This document shows positions 1-9,296 of a stretch of 64,000 nucleotides of DNA, piece after piece. Both the position numbers and the translations under genes were made by a program. The notes below the pieces were generated by a model. That model did not search any database. It was not told where the DNA came from and saw only the letters and a program-made list of their open reading frames with translations. Origin of the DNA: Planktosalinus sp. (GTDB taxonomy: Bacteria > Bacteroidota > Bacteroidia > Flavobacteriales > Flavobacteriaceae); assembly GCA_036735625.1 (NCBI GenBank), contig DAINOA010000001.1, forward strand, positions 19,517 through 83,516. Direction: 5' to 3'. Position 1 is the stretch's first letter. Each line of letters starts with the position of its first letter.

Positions 1-268
1 CTTCAGATTTTAAGGTGCCGTAAAAATTGTCGCGGTACACTTCTTCCCATTCCAGAAAATCGTCGTTTTTGATGTGTTTTTTAAATTCTTCAAAAGTCAT
101 AAAATAATACTGCTCACCGTGCTTTTCTTCACCGCGGGGCGCTCGCGATGTGGCAGAGATTGAAAAACCAAGATTCAAATCTTCCTGTTTGAGCAGGTGT
201 TGTACCAAAGTGGTTTTTCCCGAACCGGAAGGTGCTGAAAAAACAATAAGTTTGCCGTTTCCCTCCAT
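1..268 (-). CDS. gmk: Guanylate kinase (5' part; runs off the window start)
   Basis: Manual translation from ATG at 268: MEGNGKLIVFSAPSGSGKTTLVQHLL...SISATSRAPRGEEKHGEQYYF...FLEWEEVY (P-loop and GMP-kinase motifs). Start overlaps the yicC stop (TAATG). Not in the ORF track. Confidence 0.93.
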   Translation of the reverse strand, partial: MEGNGKLIVFSAPSGSGKTTLVQHLLKQEDLNLGFSISATSRAPRGEEKHGEQYYFMTFEEFKKHIKNDDFLEWEEVYRDNFYGTLKSE

Positions 269-1125
269 TATAACACGTTTAATAATTGCTCCTTGATTTT
301 TTCAAGTTCGTCCTTCATCTGAACCACGAGTTGCTGCATGGCTGCATAATTTGATTTGGAGCCAATAGTATTGATTTCACGGCCTATTTCCTGAGTGATG
401 AACCCTAGTTTTTTTCCGTTGGAATCGGGGGAGTTTAGGGCTTCAGTAAAATAATTTAGATGATTTTCCAGCCGCACTTTTTCTTCGGTGATGTCATATT
501 TTTCAAGGTAGTAAATGAGTTCTTGTTCAAAGCGGTTTTCATCCACCTGTTCTTTCAGCTCTGCAACGGCTTTTCGTAAGCGTTCTTTTACGCCTTGAAT
601 ACGTTCAGGATCCATGGCAATGACTTTATCCAATAAATCGGAAATGGTTTGCACCCGCATTTTAAAATCTTTTTTCAGGATTTCACCTTCATCGCTGCGG
701 TATTTTGAAATTTCTTTGAGTGCTTCACCGATAGCTTCAGTAATTTGCTGAAATTCGGTTTCATCGATTTCTTCCCGTTGCGTTTTTAAAGCATCGGGCA
801 TTCTTATGGCCATTTTCAATAGTTCTGTGCGGTCACCATTTACGACTAGGCTAAGTTGCTTAATGTATTCTTCCACAACAGGAATATTGACTTGTGACGA
901 AGTTTCTTCCCCGGTAAGTTCAATAAATAGGGCAAAATCAACCTTTCCTCGTTCAAGTGTATTGGAGAGCATGCTTCTGATTTGAAGTTCCTTTTCGCGG
1001 TAAGCGGAAGGAATGCGTGCATTCAAATCCAGACTTTTGCTGTTTAGCGATTTTATTTCAACTGTTATTTTTTTATTGGGTAATTGCTTAACAGCTTTCC
1101 CAAAACCGGTCATGGATTGTATCAT
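268..1125 (-). CDS. yicC: YicC/YloC family endoribonuclease
   Basis: MIQSMTGFG start and C-terminal GKKLGFITQEIGREINTIGSK; usual position upstream of gmk. Confidence 0.92.
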   Translation of the reverse strand: MIQSMTGFGKAVKQLPNKKITVEIKSLNSKSLDLNARIPSAYREKELQIRSMLSNTLERGKVDFALFIELTGEETSSQVNIPVVEEYIKQLSLVVNGDRTELLKMAIRMPDALKTQREEIDETEFQQITEAIGEALKEISKYRSDEGEILKKDFKMRVQTISDLLDKVIAMDPERIQGVKERLRKAVAELKEQVDENRFEQELIYYLEKYDITEEKVRLENHLNYFTEALNSPDSNGKKLGFITQEIGREINTIGSKSNYAAMQQLVVQMKDELEKIKEQLLNVL

Positions 1126-1145
1126 GGCTTACTTTTAAATTCCTG

Positions 1146-1153
1146 CAAAGTTA
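1146..1153 (-). promoter_or_regulatory. Bacteroidota -7 promoter element (TAACTTTG) for yicC-gmk
   Basis: Exact TAnnTTTG match 20 nt upstream of the yicC ATG. Confidence 0.65.
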
Positions 1154-1248
1154 ACTAAAAAAGAGGGAACGCTTTCTGTAAGGTTTTTGATAATATAGAT
1201 TTTCAGATTTAAATTTAATACTACCTATAAAGAATGGTTTTTTTTAAT

Positions 1249-1256
1249 TATTTTTG
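1249..1256 (+). promoter_or_regulatory. -7 promoter element (TATTTTTG) for tRNA-Ala
   Basis: TAnnTTTG 14 nt upstream of the tRNA 5' end. Confidence 0.6.
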
Positions 1257-1270
1257 AGCCCTCAATTCAA

Positions 1271-1344
1271 GGGGATGTAGCTCAGTTGGCTAGAGCGCTT
1301 GGCTGGCAGCCAAGAGGTCGTGGGTTCGAGTCCCATCTTCTCCA
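1271..1344 (+). tRNA. tRNA-Ala(GGC)
   Basis: GGGGATGTAGCTCAGTTGGCTAGAGCG-CTTGG CT GGC AG CCAAG-AGGTC-GTGGG TTCGAGT CCCAT-CTTCTCCA; G3:U70 alanine identity pair; CCA not encoded. Confidence 0.96.
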
Positions 1345-1350
1345 CCCTAT

Positions 1351-1378
1351 AAACCACAAGCGTTAACGCTTGTGGTTT
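1351..1378 (+). terminator. Terminator after tRNA-Ala (perfect 28-bp palindrome)
   Basis: AAACCACAAGCGTT-AACGCTTGTGGTTT followed by T-rich sequence. Confidence 0.75.
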
Positions 1379-1399
1379 CTTGTTTAAAGCTTTGTCATA

Positions 1400-2740
1400 T
1401 TGAAAAACGAACTCACATTTAAAAACATTCACCGACTTGCCATTCCGGCGTTGATTGCCGGTATTGCAGAGCCTGTCATCTCAATTACAGATGCGGCTAT
1501 AGTGGGCAACATTCCCGTTAACGGCACTGAAGCGCTGGCAGCTGTTGGGATTGTGGGTTCTTTTCTTTCTGCATTGATTTGGATTTTGGGTCAAACCCGC
1601 AGTGCCATTTCTGCCATTATCTCTCAATATTTGGGTGCAGGTAAATTGGATGAATTAAAAACCCTTCCGGCGCAAGCCATTTATCTTAATGTGCTTTTAA
1701 GTATTTTTATATTGCTAAGCACCATTTTCATTGTAGAAGGGATTTTCAAACTCTACAATGCTTCTGGGTTGGTGCTGCAATACAGTGTGGAGTATTATAA
1801 CATTAGGGTTTGGGGTTTCCCGTTGACCTTGTTTACCTTCGCGGTTTTTGGGGTGTTTAGGGGCTTGCAAAATACATTTTGGCCTATGGTGGTCGCGCTT
1901 TTTGGAGCTACTGCAAATATCGGTCTTGATTTTGCATTGGTTTATGGAATTGATGGCTGGATTGAGCCCATGCATTTAAGGGGAGCTGCCTGGGCAAGTT
2001 TGATATCACAAGCTTTGATGGCGATTATTTCATTGCTATTACTCTTGTGGAAAACAAATGTGAGTTTAAAATTAACCTTCCCGCTGCATCCTGAAATGTA
2101 TCGACTTATCAATATGGCTTTTAATCTCTTTATTCGTTCCATCGCTTTAAATACAGCTATTTATTTTTCCAATGCTTTTGCAACAGATTATGGTACTTCG
2201 TTTATTGCTGCCCAAACCATTGCTTTGAATCTCTGGCTTTTTTCTGCTTTTTTTATTGATGGGTATTCTTCATCGGGCAATATACTTTCTGGAAAATTAC
2301 TGGGTGCTAGAGATTATCAAGGCCTTTGGAAATTAAGTAAAATCGTTTCGCTTTATGGAATGTTGGTCTCTTTGGTTTTAATGGCAGTGGGCTGGCTGTT
2401 GTATGAACCTTTAGGTCTTCTTTTTACCAAAGACCCCGAAGTGTTATACAGATTTAAACAAATCTTTTTTATCGTGATTCTTGTGCAGCCCATAAATGGA
2501 TTTGCTTTTATTTTTGATGGGATTTTTAAAGGAATGGGTGAGATGAAATACTTAAGAAATGTGTTGCTTTCTGCTACATTTTTAGGGTTTCTTCCTGTTT
2601 TGTTTATTTGTGATTACTATGGTTTGGAGTTGACTGGTGTTTGGATTGCCTTTGTCGTTTGGGCATTGGTGAGGTCACTTTCGTTGATTATTAAGTTTAG
2701 GAAAATGTTATTGCCTAAATTGGAGTTGTTGCATAAATAA
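1400..2740 (+). CDS. MATE family efflux transporter (DinF-like)
   Basis: About 12 hydrophobic segments; LAIPA...EP...TD.AIVG and GVFRGLQNT..P MATE motifs; TTG start. Confidence 0.9.
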   Translation: MKNELTFKNIHRLAIPALIAGIAEPVISITDAAIVGNIPVNGTEALAAVGIVGSFLSALIWILGQTRSAISAIISQYLGAGKLDELKTLPAQAIYLNVLLSIFILLSTIFIVEGIFKLYNASGLVLQYSVEYYNIRVWGFPLTLFTFAVFGVFRGLQNTFWPMVVALFGATANIGLDFALVYGIDGWIEPMHLRGAAWASLISQALMAIISLLLLLWKTNVSLKLTFPLHPEMYRLINMAFNLFIRSIALNTAIYFSNAFATDYGTSFIAAQTIALNLWLFSAFFIDGYSSSGNILSGKLLGARDYQGLWKLSKIVSLYGMLVSLVLMAVGWLLYEPLGLLFTKDPEVLYRFKQIFFIVILVQPINGFAFIFDGIFKGMGEMKYLRNVLLSATFLGFLPVLFICDYYGLELTGVWIAFVVWALVRSLSLIIKFRKMLLPKLELLHK

Positions 2741-2768
2741 TTAAATAATTATCAACTAAAATTTGGTT

Positions 2769-3410
2769 TTACCGCGTCTTTAACCAGCCGGTGATGCTCA
2801 TTCGCTTTTGTTCCACGGGTTTTACTTCGTGTTCCAGAATCTGGCTTTCAAAAATGACCATCCTTCCGGGAAAAGGGTAAATTGTCTTCGCGACTTCATT
2901 TCCATTTTCGTTAAGGTATAAAACCAGCTCGCCGCCATACTCAGGTTGCCAGTTTTCTTCATTTAGGTAACACACCATCGATAATTTTCTGCGGTCGTCG
3001 TTATGGAACGTATCGAGATGTCTCTTGTAAAAAGTACCTTTGGGATAAAGCGCGTAGTGGAATTCCTTGAAGAGAATTCCCATAAAGCAAGTTTTATTTA
3101 GGTAAGAAACCATGTCGTTAATCTTATTGAAAAATGATTTTTCTGCTGAATTGCCTTCATTCTCATTCAACCAGAGTATAAAATCACCCCGTACCGATTT
3201 TTCAATAATTTCGTTCACACGGTTTCCTATGGCGGCTTTTTTAAAGGCATCTTCTTCAAATTTTTCAAGAAACGAAGAGCGCAAAGCAATAACTTCATCA
3301 GACGTAAAAAACCCTTCCACAATACTGTATTGGTGTTCCATCAAGTCGCTGATGATAGTCTCATACATCGGGTTTTCAACAAAATCGAGTTGCTCAAAGA
3401 TTTCCTGCAT
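2769..3410 (-). CDS. 2OG-Fe(II) oxygenase (prolyl-hydroxylase-like)
   Basis: RGD, YKRHLD (HxD), YLN..W...GGEL, HEV and R.SITGW motifs; start moved to MQEIF at 3410. Confidence 0.88.
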   Translation of the reverse strand: MQEIFEQLDFVENPMYETIISDLMEHQYSIVEGFFTSDEVIALRSSFLEKFEEDAFKKAAIGNRVNEIIEKSVRGDFILWLNENEGNSAEKSFFNKINDMVSYLNKTCFMGILFKEFHYALYPKGTFYKRHLDTFHNDDRRKLSMVCYLNEENWQPEYGGELVLYLNENGNEVAKTIYPFPGRMVIFESQILEHEVKPVEQKRMSITGWLKTR

Positions 3411-3524
3411 CGTTGTATTTACGCATTTAAAAAAAGCCAGCAAATATAGTTTAGAAACCAATTGGTTTAACAACCCTCTGAAAAAGAATCAAATTGCCTT
3501 ATCTTTACAGCAGAAACTTGAAGT

Positions 3525-3977
3525 ATGAGCACTATTAGAATCACCAAGCAATTTAATTTTGAAACCGGTCACGCCTTGTATGGCTATGATGGAAAATGCC
3601 GCAATGTGCATGGACATAGCTATAAACTTTCAGTAACCGTTATTGGTAAGCCCATTACAGATTCAAATCACGTTAAATATGGGATGGTGATTGATTTCAG
3701 TGATTTGAAAAAAATAGTCAAAGAGGAAATCGTGGATGTGTTTGACCACGCAACTGTTTTTAATAAAAATACGCCCCATGTTGAGTTGGCAAGGGAACTT
3801 TCAGAAAGGGATCACCACGTGATTTTGGTGGATTATCAGCCCACCAGCGAAAATATGGTCATCGATTTTTCAGAAAAGATAAAGGCCCGTCTTCCGAAAA
3901 ATATAAAATTACACTCTCTGAAACTTCAGGAAACCGAAAGCAGCTTTGCAGAGTGGTATGCTTCAGATAATGAATAA
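3525..3977 (+). CDS. queD: 6-carboxy-5,6,7,8-tetrahydropterin synthase (PTPS family)
   Basis: FETGHAL, GKCRNVHGHSY, GMVIDF, FDHA, PTSEN motifs. Confidence 0.88.
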   Translation: MSTIRITKQFNFETGHALYGYDGKCRNVHGHSYKLSVTVIGKPITDSNHVKYGMVIDFSDLKKIVKEEIVDVFDHATVFNKNTPHVELARELSERDHHVILVDYQPTSENMVIDFSEKIKARLPKNIKLHSLKLQETESSFAEWYASDNE

Positions 3978-4020
3978 AACTTCATTCATTTACTTATATT
4001 TACACTTTCAAAACCATTGA

Positions 4021-4776
4021 ATGAACATCCCTGAAGGTAAAAAAGTTTATTTTTCCAGCGACAACCATTTAGGCGCGCCCACTGCCGGAGAAAGCCTCCC
4101 CAGGGAACGCATCTATGTGCGCTGGCTGGACACAGTAAAAGAAGATGCTGCTGCCATTTTTTTACTGGGTGATTTGTTTGATTTCTGGTTTGAATACCGG
4201 CAAGTGGTTCCCAAAGGATTTGTGCGCGTGCTGGGAAAACTAGCCGAAATAAGGGATAGCGGCATTCCCATCTACTTTTTTGTGGGCAATCACGATTTGT
4301 GGATGAATGGATATTTTGAAAAAGAACTCAATATTCCCGTTTATCACAAGGCACGCGAATTCACAATTCAAAATAAAAAATTTCTCATAGGCCACGGTGA
4401 TGGCCTTGGGCCAAACGACAAAGGCTATAAGCGCATGAAAAAAGTGTTTACCAATCCTTTTTTTAAATGGCTGTTTAAATGGATGCATCCTGATATTGGG
4501 GTGGCTGTCGCGAAACACCTCTCTGTAAAAAACAAACTCATCTCGGGGGAAGACGACAAAGCATTTCTAGGAGAAGAAAATGAATGGCTGGCGCAATATG
4601 CCAAGAGAAAATTGGAAACCAAACACTATGACTACTTTATTTTTGGCCACCGCCACCTGCCTATGGAAATAAAGGTGGGCGAAAACAGCACCTACTTCAA
4701 TTTAGGCGACTGGATTACACATTTTACTTATGGGGTGTTTGATGGGGAAAGGTTTGAGTTGAAAGAGTTTGAGTAA
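4021..4776 (+). CDS. lpxH: UDP-2,3-diacylglucosamine diphosphatase
   Basis: Calcineurin-like motifs SDNHLG, LGDLFDFW, GNHD, HGDGL, FGHRH, NLGDW. Confidence 0.85.
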   Translation: MNIPEGKKVYFSSDNHLGAPTAGESLPRERIYVRWLDTVKEDAAAIFLLGDLFDFWFEYRQVVPKGFVRVLGKLAEIRDSGIPIYFFVGNHDLWMNGYFEKELNIPVYHKAREFTIQNKKFLIGHGDGLGPNDKGYKRMKKVFTNPFFKWLFKWMHPDIGVAVAKHLSVKNKLISGEDDKAFLGEENEWLAQYAKRKLETKHYDYFIFGHRHLPMEIKVGENSTYFNLGDWITHFTYGVFDGERFELKEFE

Positions 4777-4807
4777 CCCTTTCAGGGATTAAAACCCTGA
4801 AAGGGTT
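4775..4807. repeat. Doubled palindrome (REP-like), probable bidirectional terminator between lpxH and recJ
   Basis: AACCCTTTCAGGG-ATTAAAA-CCCTGAAAGGGTT: 13-bp perfect arms, each arm itself a CCCT-N3-AGGG mini-hairpin. Confidence 0.8.
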
Positions 4808-4813
4808 CTTTTT

Positions 4814-6505
4814 TTATTGCTTCACATCCCTCAACCTCAACTGAATACTCGTAGTCCCATTCCACGTATTTTCATCCAGCGAGTACACCGCTTTAAAAGG
4901 TTTTTTGTCTTTGATCAAGTCATACTTGTCTCCCATTCCAAAACCAATGCCCGTAAAATTGAGGGAGTTGCTTTGCTTGATGACTACGCGCAAATGGTCT
5001 TCATTCTCCCCCACTTTTTTGCTCCAGCCGGTGTCTTGAAGGTTTTGACTCATAAATACCGGGGTCATATTCCCGGGGCCAAAAGGGGCAAATTGTTTTA
5101 ATACCCTGAAAAATTTAGGGGTGATGTCTTTTAAATCAATTTCAATATCTACTGAAATCTCTGGGGTGAGGAGTCTCTCATCAATACTTGCCTTGACGAC
5201 TTCTTCAAACTTGTTTTTAAAGTCCTCAAATTGTTCAGGCAACAGGGTGAGTCCTGCAGCATATTTATGCCCTCCAAATTGTTCCAGACAATCCTCACAG
5301 GCCTCTATGGCGTTATAGACATCAAAATGTTTTACAGAGCGCGCGCTGGCAGCGAGTTTGTCACCACTTTTGGTGAAAACTAGTGTGGGGCGGTAATAGG
5401 TTTCGGTTAATCGGGAAGCGACGATGCCAATCACGCCTTTGTGCCAGTGTTCTTGATAAACCACGGTGGTGAAGCGTTCTTCTTCTCCGTGGGTTTTGAT
5501 GAGCTCCAGAGCTTCTTCGGTGATTTCCCGGTCGGTTTCACGGCGATCGAGATTGTAAGCTTCTATTTCCTGAGCGTAAATTTTTGCTTGTTCGAGGTCT
5601 GTTTCAGTCATCAGGTTGACGGCGTGCTGGCCGTGTTTCATCCTTCCTGCGGCGTTGATGCGTGGAGCAATAATAAACACCACATCGCTCACTTCTAGGG
5701 TGTCTTTTTTGATTTGTTCAATGATGGCCTGAAATCCCGGTCGTGGGTTGCTGTTAATCACTTTCAGCCCAAAATAGGTCAACACCCTGTTCTCCCCGGT
5801 CATCGGGACGATGTCTGCACCAATGGCCGTCGCAACTAGGTCGAGGTACAAAAGTAAATCATCTATGGTTTGACCGCGCCTTCCGGCAAGTGCTTGTATG
5901 AGTTTGAAACCCACCCCACAGCCGCAAAGCTCATCATAAGGATAAGAACAGTCTTCCCTTTTGGGATCAAGTATCGCCAATGCGTCAGGAAGATTTTCGC
6001 CCGGCCTGTGGTGATCACAGATGATAAAATCAATGCTTTTTTCTTTCGCGTAAGCGACCTTGTCAATGGCTTTAATACCACAGTCCAAAGCAATAATCAA
6101 CGAAAAGTTATTGTCTGCAGCAAAATCAATTCCCTTATAGGACACGCCATAACCCTCGTTATACCTGTCTGGAATGTAAGTCGCCACATTAGGATAATAA
6201 GAAAGCAAATAAGTCGACATCAAAGCCACTGAGCTCGTCCCATCCACATCATAATCGCCAAACACTAGTATATTTTCTTCACTGGCAATGGCTTGCTCAA
6301 TGCGGGTAACTGCCTTGTCCATATCCTTCATCAAAAAAGGGTCGTGCAAATCCTCCAGCGATGGGCGAAAAAACTTTTTAGCATCCTCAAAGTTTTCCAC
6401 ACCACGCTGCAACAAAAGGGTTGCGATTGTTTCATCGACTTGCAGTTCTTTGGCAAGCGTAGCTACTTTGCGGGGTTCAGGTTTTGGTTTGAGTGTCCAA
6501 TGCAT
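4814..6505 (-). CDS. recJ: Single-stranded-DNA-specific exonuclease RecJ
   Basis: GDYDVDG, LDCG, CDHH, PRINAAGR, GGHKYAAG, PFGPGN motifs. Confidence 0.96.
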   Translation of the reverse strand: MHWTLKPKPEPRKVATLAKELQVDETIATLLLQRGVENFEDAKKFFRPSLEDLHDPFLMKDMDKAVTRIEQAIASEENILVFGDYDVDGTSSVALMSTYLLSYYPNVATYIPDRYNEGYGVSYKGIDFAADNNFSLIIALDCGIKAIDKVAYAKEKSIDFIICDHHRPGENLPDALAILDPKREDCSYPYDELCGCGVGFKLIQALAGRRGQTIDDLLLYLDLVATAIGADIVPMTGENRVLTYFGLKVINSNPRPGFQAIIEQIKKDTLEVSDVVFIIAPRINAAGRMKHGQHAVNLMTETDLEQAKIYAQEIEAYNLDRRETDREITEEALELIKTHGEEERFTTVVYQEHWHKGVIGIVASRLTETYYRPTLVFTKSGDKLAASARSVKHFDVYNAIEACEDCLEQFGGHKYAAGLTLLPEQFEDFKNKFEEVVKASIDERLLTPEISVDIEIDLKDITPKFFRVLKQFAPFGPGNMTPVFMSQNLQDTGWSKKVGENEDHLRVVIKQSNSLNFTGIGFGMGDKYDLIKDKKPFKAVYSLDENTWNGTTSIQLRLRDVKQ

Positions 6506-6522
6506 GGGATTATTTAATATCA

Positions 6523-6546
6523 GATTTATGATTTATGATTTGAGAT
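6523..6546. repeat. Short heptamer tandem repeat (GATTTAT)n
   Basis: GATTTAT GATTTAT GATTTGA GAT between the OsmC gene and recJ. Confidence 0.55.
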
Positions 6547-6561
6547 GTTACATCATATATA

Positions 6562-6984
6562 TTAGGCTTTGATGTATTCAATTTCAATAGTGACTTCAGC
6601 AAATTTTCGGAACATTTCCATGACACCGCAGTATTTTTCAACAGATAAATCTACGGCTTTTTTTAGTTTGTCCTGTGGTAAGTTGGCGCCAAAAAATTGA
6701 TACACCACAGTCACTTTGTTGTAATATTTGGGGTGCTCCTCTGTGAGTTCGCCGGTGGTACTAATTTGAAATTTATAATTTTCAACTTTCATTTTATTGA
6801 GGATTGAAACCACATCAAGCCCTGAGCAGCCTGCCAATGCCGAAAGCATCATCGCTTTGGGTCCAAGACCCTTATTGGTGCCCCCGTTTTCAACTGAGGT
6901 GTCTATCAATACTTTGTGCCCAGAGGGGTTGTCTGATTCAAACAAAAGGTTTTCTTTCCAAATAGTAGTGACGGTGTGGTTCAT
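6562..6984 (-). CDS. OsmC family protein
   Basis: GPK.MML.ALAGCSGLDV and LSVEKYCGV two-Cys pattern; start moved to MNHTV. Confidence 0.88.
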   Translation of the reverse strand: MNHTVTTIWKENLLFESDNPSGHKVLIDTSVENGGTNKGLGPKAMMLSALAGCSGLDVVSILNKMKVENYKFQISTTGELTEEHPKYYNKVTVVYQFFGANLPQDKLKKAVDLSVEKYCGVMEMFRKFAEVTIEIEYIKA

Positions 6985-7038
6985 ATTTAAATATTTTGTT
7001 ACTTGTATGCTCAAAAATACAAATTTAACTTTTTAAAT

Positions 7039-7629
7039 ATGCCATTAGTAACTCCTCTTTCGCCAGAGCATGACCAAGAAACCCGTGAACTAGCTGCCTT
7101 TTTTAATGAGACGCTTGGGTTTTGTCCAAATTCGGTATTGACGATGCAGCATCGCCCGGCGATTTCCAAGGCATTTATTAATCTTAACAAGGCTGTAATG
7201 GCAAATGAGGGGCGTGTGACCTCTGCATTAAAACGTATGATTGCCTGGGTGAGCAGCAATGCTACCGGTTGCCGGTATTGCCAGGCACACGCTATCAGGG
7301 CGGCAGAGAGGTATGGCGCAGAGAAGGAACAACTGGACAATATCTGGGAGTACCACACCCATCCAGCTTTTTCTGAGGCAGAAAGGGCAGCGCTCGACTT
7401 TTCATTGGCAGCATCCCAAGTGCCTAATGCCGTTGATGAATCTATCAAAAAGCAGCTTTATAAATATTGGCATGAAGGCGAAATCGTCGAAATGCTGGGT
7501 GTCATCTCACTTTTCGGATACCTCAACCGCTGGAATGATTCTATGGGAACCACCATTGAAGAGGGCGCAGTGGAAAGTGGTGAAAAGTATTTAGGGAAAC
7601 ATGGATGGGAAAGAGGGAAACACGTTTAA
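7039..7629 (+). CDS. Carboxymuconolactone decarboxylase / AhpD-like peroxidase family protein
   Basis: GCRYCQAH motif, FSEAERAALDF, EIVE...YLNRWND; start moved to MPLVT. Confidence 0.85.
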   Translation: MPLVTPLSPEHDQETRELAAFFNETLGFCPNSVLTMQHRPAISKAFINLNKAVMANEGRVTSALKRMIAWVSSNATGCRYCQAHAIRAAERYGAEKEQLDNIWEYHTHPAFSEAERAALDFSLAASQVPNAVDESIKKQLYKYWHEGEIVEMLGVISLFGYLNRWNDSMGTTIEEGAVESGEKYLGKHGWERGKHV

Positions 7630-7661
7630 TTAAACTCTTGCCTTACATCAAAAAATAAATT

Positions 7662-7723
7662 ATGAAAATAAAAATCCTCATTTTTGCCTGTTGTCCTAAA
7701 GGAAGAAAGAGGATTTTTTTCAT
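7662..7723. terminator. Long imperfect hairpin between convergent genes (bidirectional terminator or sRNA 3' end)
   Basis: ATGAAAATAAAAATCCTC ... GAGGATTTTTTTCAT outer arms with inner TTTTTGCCT/AGGAAGAAA pairing. Confidence 0.6.
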
Positions 7724-7779
7724 TTCACACTTTAGGGTTGGGGAAAAAATCTTCATAAATACAAAACTTATTTAATTGA

Positions 7780-8448
7780 TTATTTCCCAGCTACCACAAC
7801 AACAATTTCTCCTTTGGGGGGTTTTGCGGCATAGTGTTCAAGAACCTCTTTTACGCTTCCGCGAATGGTTTCTTCATGCAACTTTGAAATCTCTCTTGAA
7901 ACAGAAATTTTTCGGTCTTCGCCGAAATAGTCTGCAAAATTTAACAAGGTTCTCAAAAGCTTGTGGGGAGATTCATAGAAAATCATGGTGCGGTTTTCTT
8001 CAGCAAGGGCAAGCAATCGGGTTTGACGTCCTTTTTTAACCGGAAGAAACCCTTCAAACACAAATTTATCATTTGGTAAACCGCTATTTACCAATGCAGG
8101 CACAAAAGCTGTAGCACCCGGCAGGCAATCTACTTCAATGCCCAACTCTATGCACGCGCGAGTGAGTAAAAATCCGGGATCGCTTATGGCAGGCGTTCCG
8201 GCATCACTAATAAGTGCAATTGTTTTTCCGGCTTTGATTTGATTGACGATGTTTTCAACAGTTTTGTGTTCATTGTGCATATGGTGGGAATGCATCTGGG
8301 TGTCTATTTCAAAATGCTTGAGTAGTTTGCCGCTGGTGCGGGTATCTTCAGCGAGAATCAAATCAACTTCCTTTAAAACGCGAATGGCCCGAAGTGTCAT
8401 ATCTTCAAGATTGCCGATGGGTGTGGGAACCAGATATAATTTTGACAT
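7780..8448 (-). CDS. rsmI: 16S rRNA C1402 2'-O-methyltransferase
   Basis: LYLVPTPIGNLEDMT.RA, AEDTR, SDAGTPAISDPG, YESPHK, REISK.HEE. Confidence 0.95.
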   Translation of the reverse strand: MSKLYLVPTPIGNLEDMTLRAIRVLKEVDLILAEDTRTSGKLLKHFEIDTQMHSHHMHNEHKTVENIVNQIKAGKTIALISDAGTPAISDPGFLLTRACIELGIEVDCLPGATAFVPALVNSGLPNDKFVFEGFLPVKKGRQTRLLALAEENRTMIFYESPHKLLRTLLNFADYFGEDRKISVSREISKLHEETIRGSVKEVLEHYAAKPPKGEIVVVVAGK

Positions 8449-8451
8449 AGA

Positions 8452-9195
8452 TTAATCAAATCGTTTTTCAATCAATGTATAAAAACGTTCCAGATGAATC
8501 TCTTTCCCTTCCCAATTATAATCAGGCTTTACACGTGTGTCCATAAAATTTTGGATTTCATCAAAACTAGTGAAAGTGGTGAGTTGAGAAATGACCCTGT
8601 TGTAATCATCTGCATTTCCATTAAAAAGGTGTTTTGTAAAAGCGAGTCGGTCATTGAGACCAATTTGAAGGTTTTTAGTAAGCTTATCGTTGAGAGATTT
8701 TGGTTTTTGTGTGTCAGAATCCTGTAATGGTTTGACCGTTTCCTCTTCGCTTATTTTTGGTTTTGGTGTTGTTTCTTTACGCTCAAAAACCGGGGTTTGT
8801 TGATATTGTGTGGCAAAATCATCCAGCTCACTCAAAGTGTTTTTCTTGCTGGGGAGTATTTCCTCTAACATTTCATCAATTTTATGCGTTTCTGAGGGCA
8901 TCTGTGCCACTATATCCTTAATTTTTTCAATCAAAGGCTCAGTGAGATTATCTGAGTGATTTGGTTGTTCAACCGCTTTAGGCTCCTCATCTTGGCGCTT
9001 TGTATAGCTGTTAGAGTCCATTGCACCGTTTTTAGCTTCAGGTTCTTTTTGATTTTCTTCCAGATACAATTTGACAGTCAAAGCATCATAAAGTTTTTTC
9101 GTTTTTTCCTGAAGTTGCTCCAAAGAGGAAAATTCATTATTCTCTAAAATCTCTACTGCAAGTTGCCTTAATTGCTGCTCAATCTTCTTCTTCAT
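8452..9195 (-). CDS. Hypothetical protein (helical N-terminus, disordered middle, folded C-terminal domain)
   Basis: 247-aa ORF packed 3 nt upstream of rsmI; C-terminal SLND...IGLNDRLAF.K.LF.G....YN segment. Confidence 0.8.
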   Translation of the reverse strand: MKKKIEQQLRQLAVEILENNEFSSLEQLQEKTKKLYDALTVKLYLEENQKEPEAKNGAMDSNSYTKRQDEEPKAVEQPNHSDNLTEPLIEKIKDIVAQMPSETHKIDEMLEEILPSKKNTLSELDDFATQYQQTPVFERKETTPKPKISEEETVKPLQDSDTQKPKSLNDKLTKNLQIGLNDRLAFTKHLFNGNADDYNRVISQLTTFTSFDEIQNFMDTRVKPDYNWEGKEIHLERFYTLIEKRFD

Positions 9196-9296
9196 AACTT
9201 TTTTATTTTATTACGATAGCGCGTTTTGTTTTTTATAAATTTACGTTTCCGTAATATAACGGTTTTGATATTAATTTTCGCATTGAAAAGTACAAA

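Noticed and set aside
1271..1344. U6:U67 mismatch in the tRNA-Ala acceptor stem as a sign of a pseudo-tRNA
   Set aside because: All other arms, G3:U70, the promoter and the terminator are intact; a single mismatch is tolerated.
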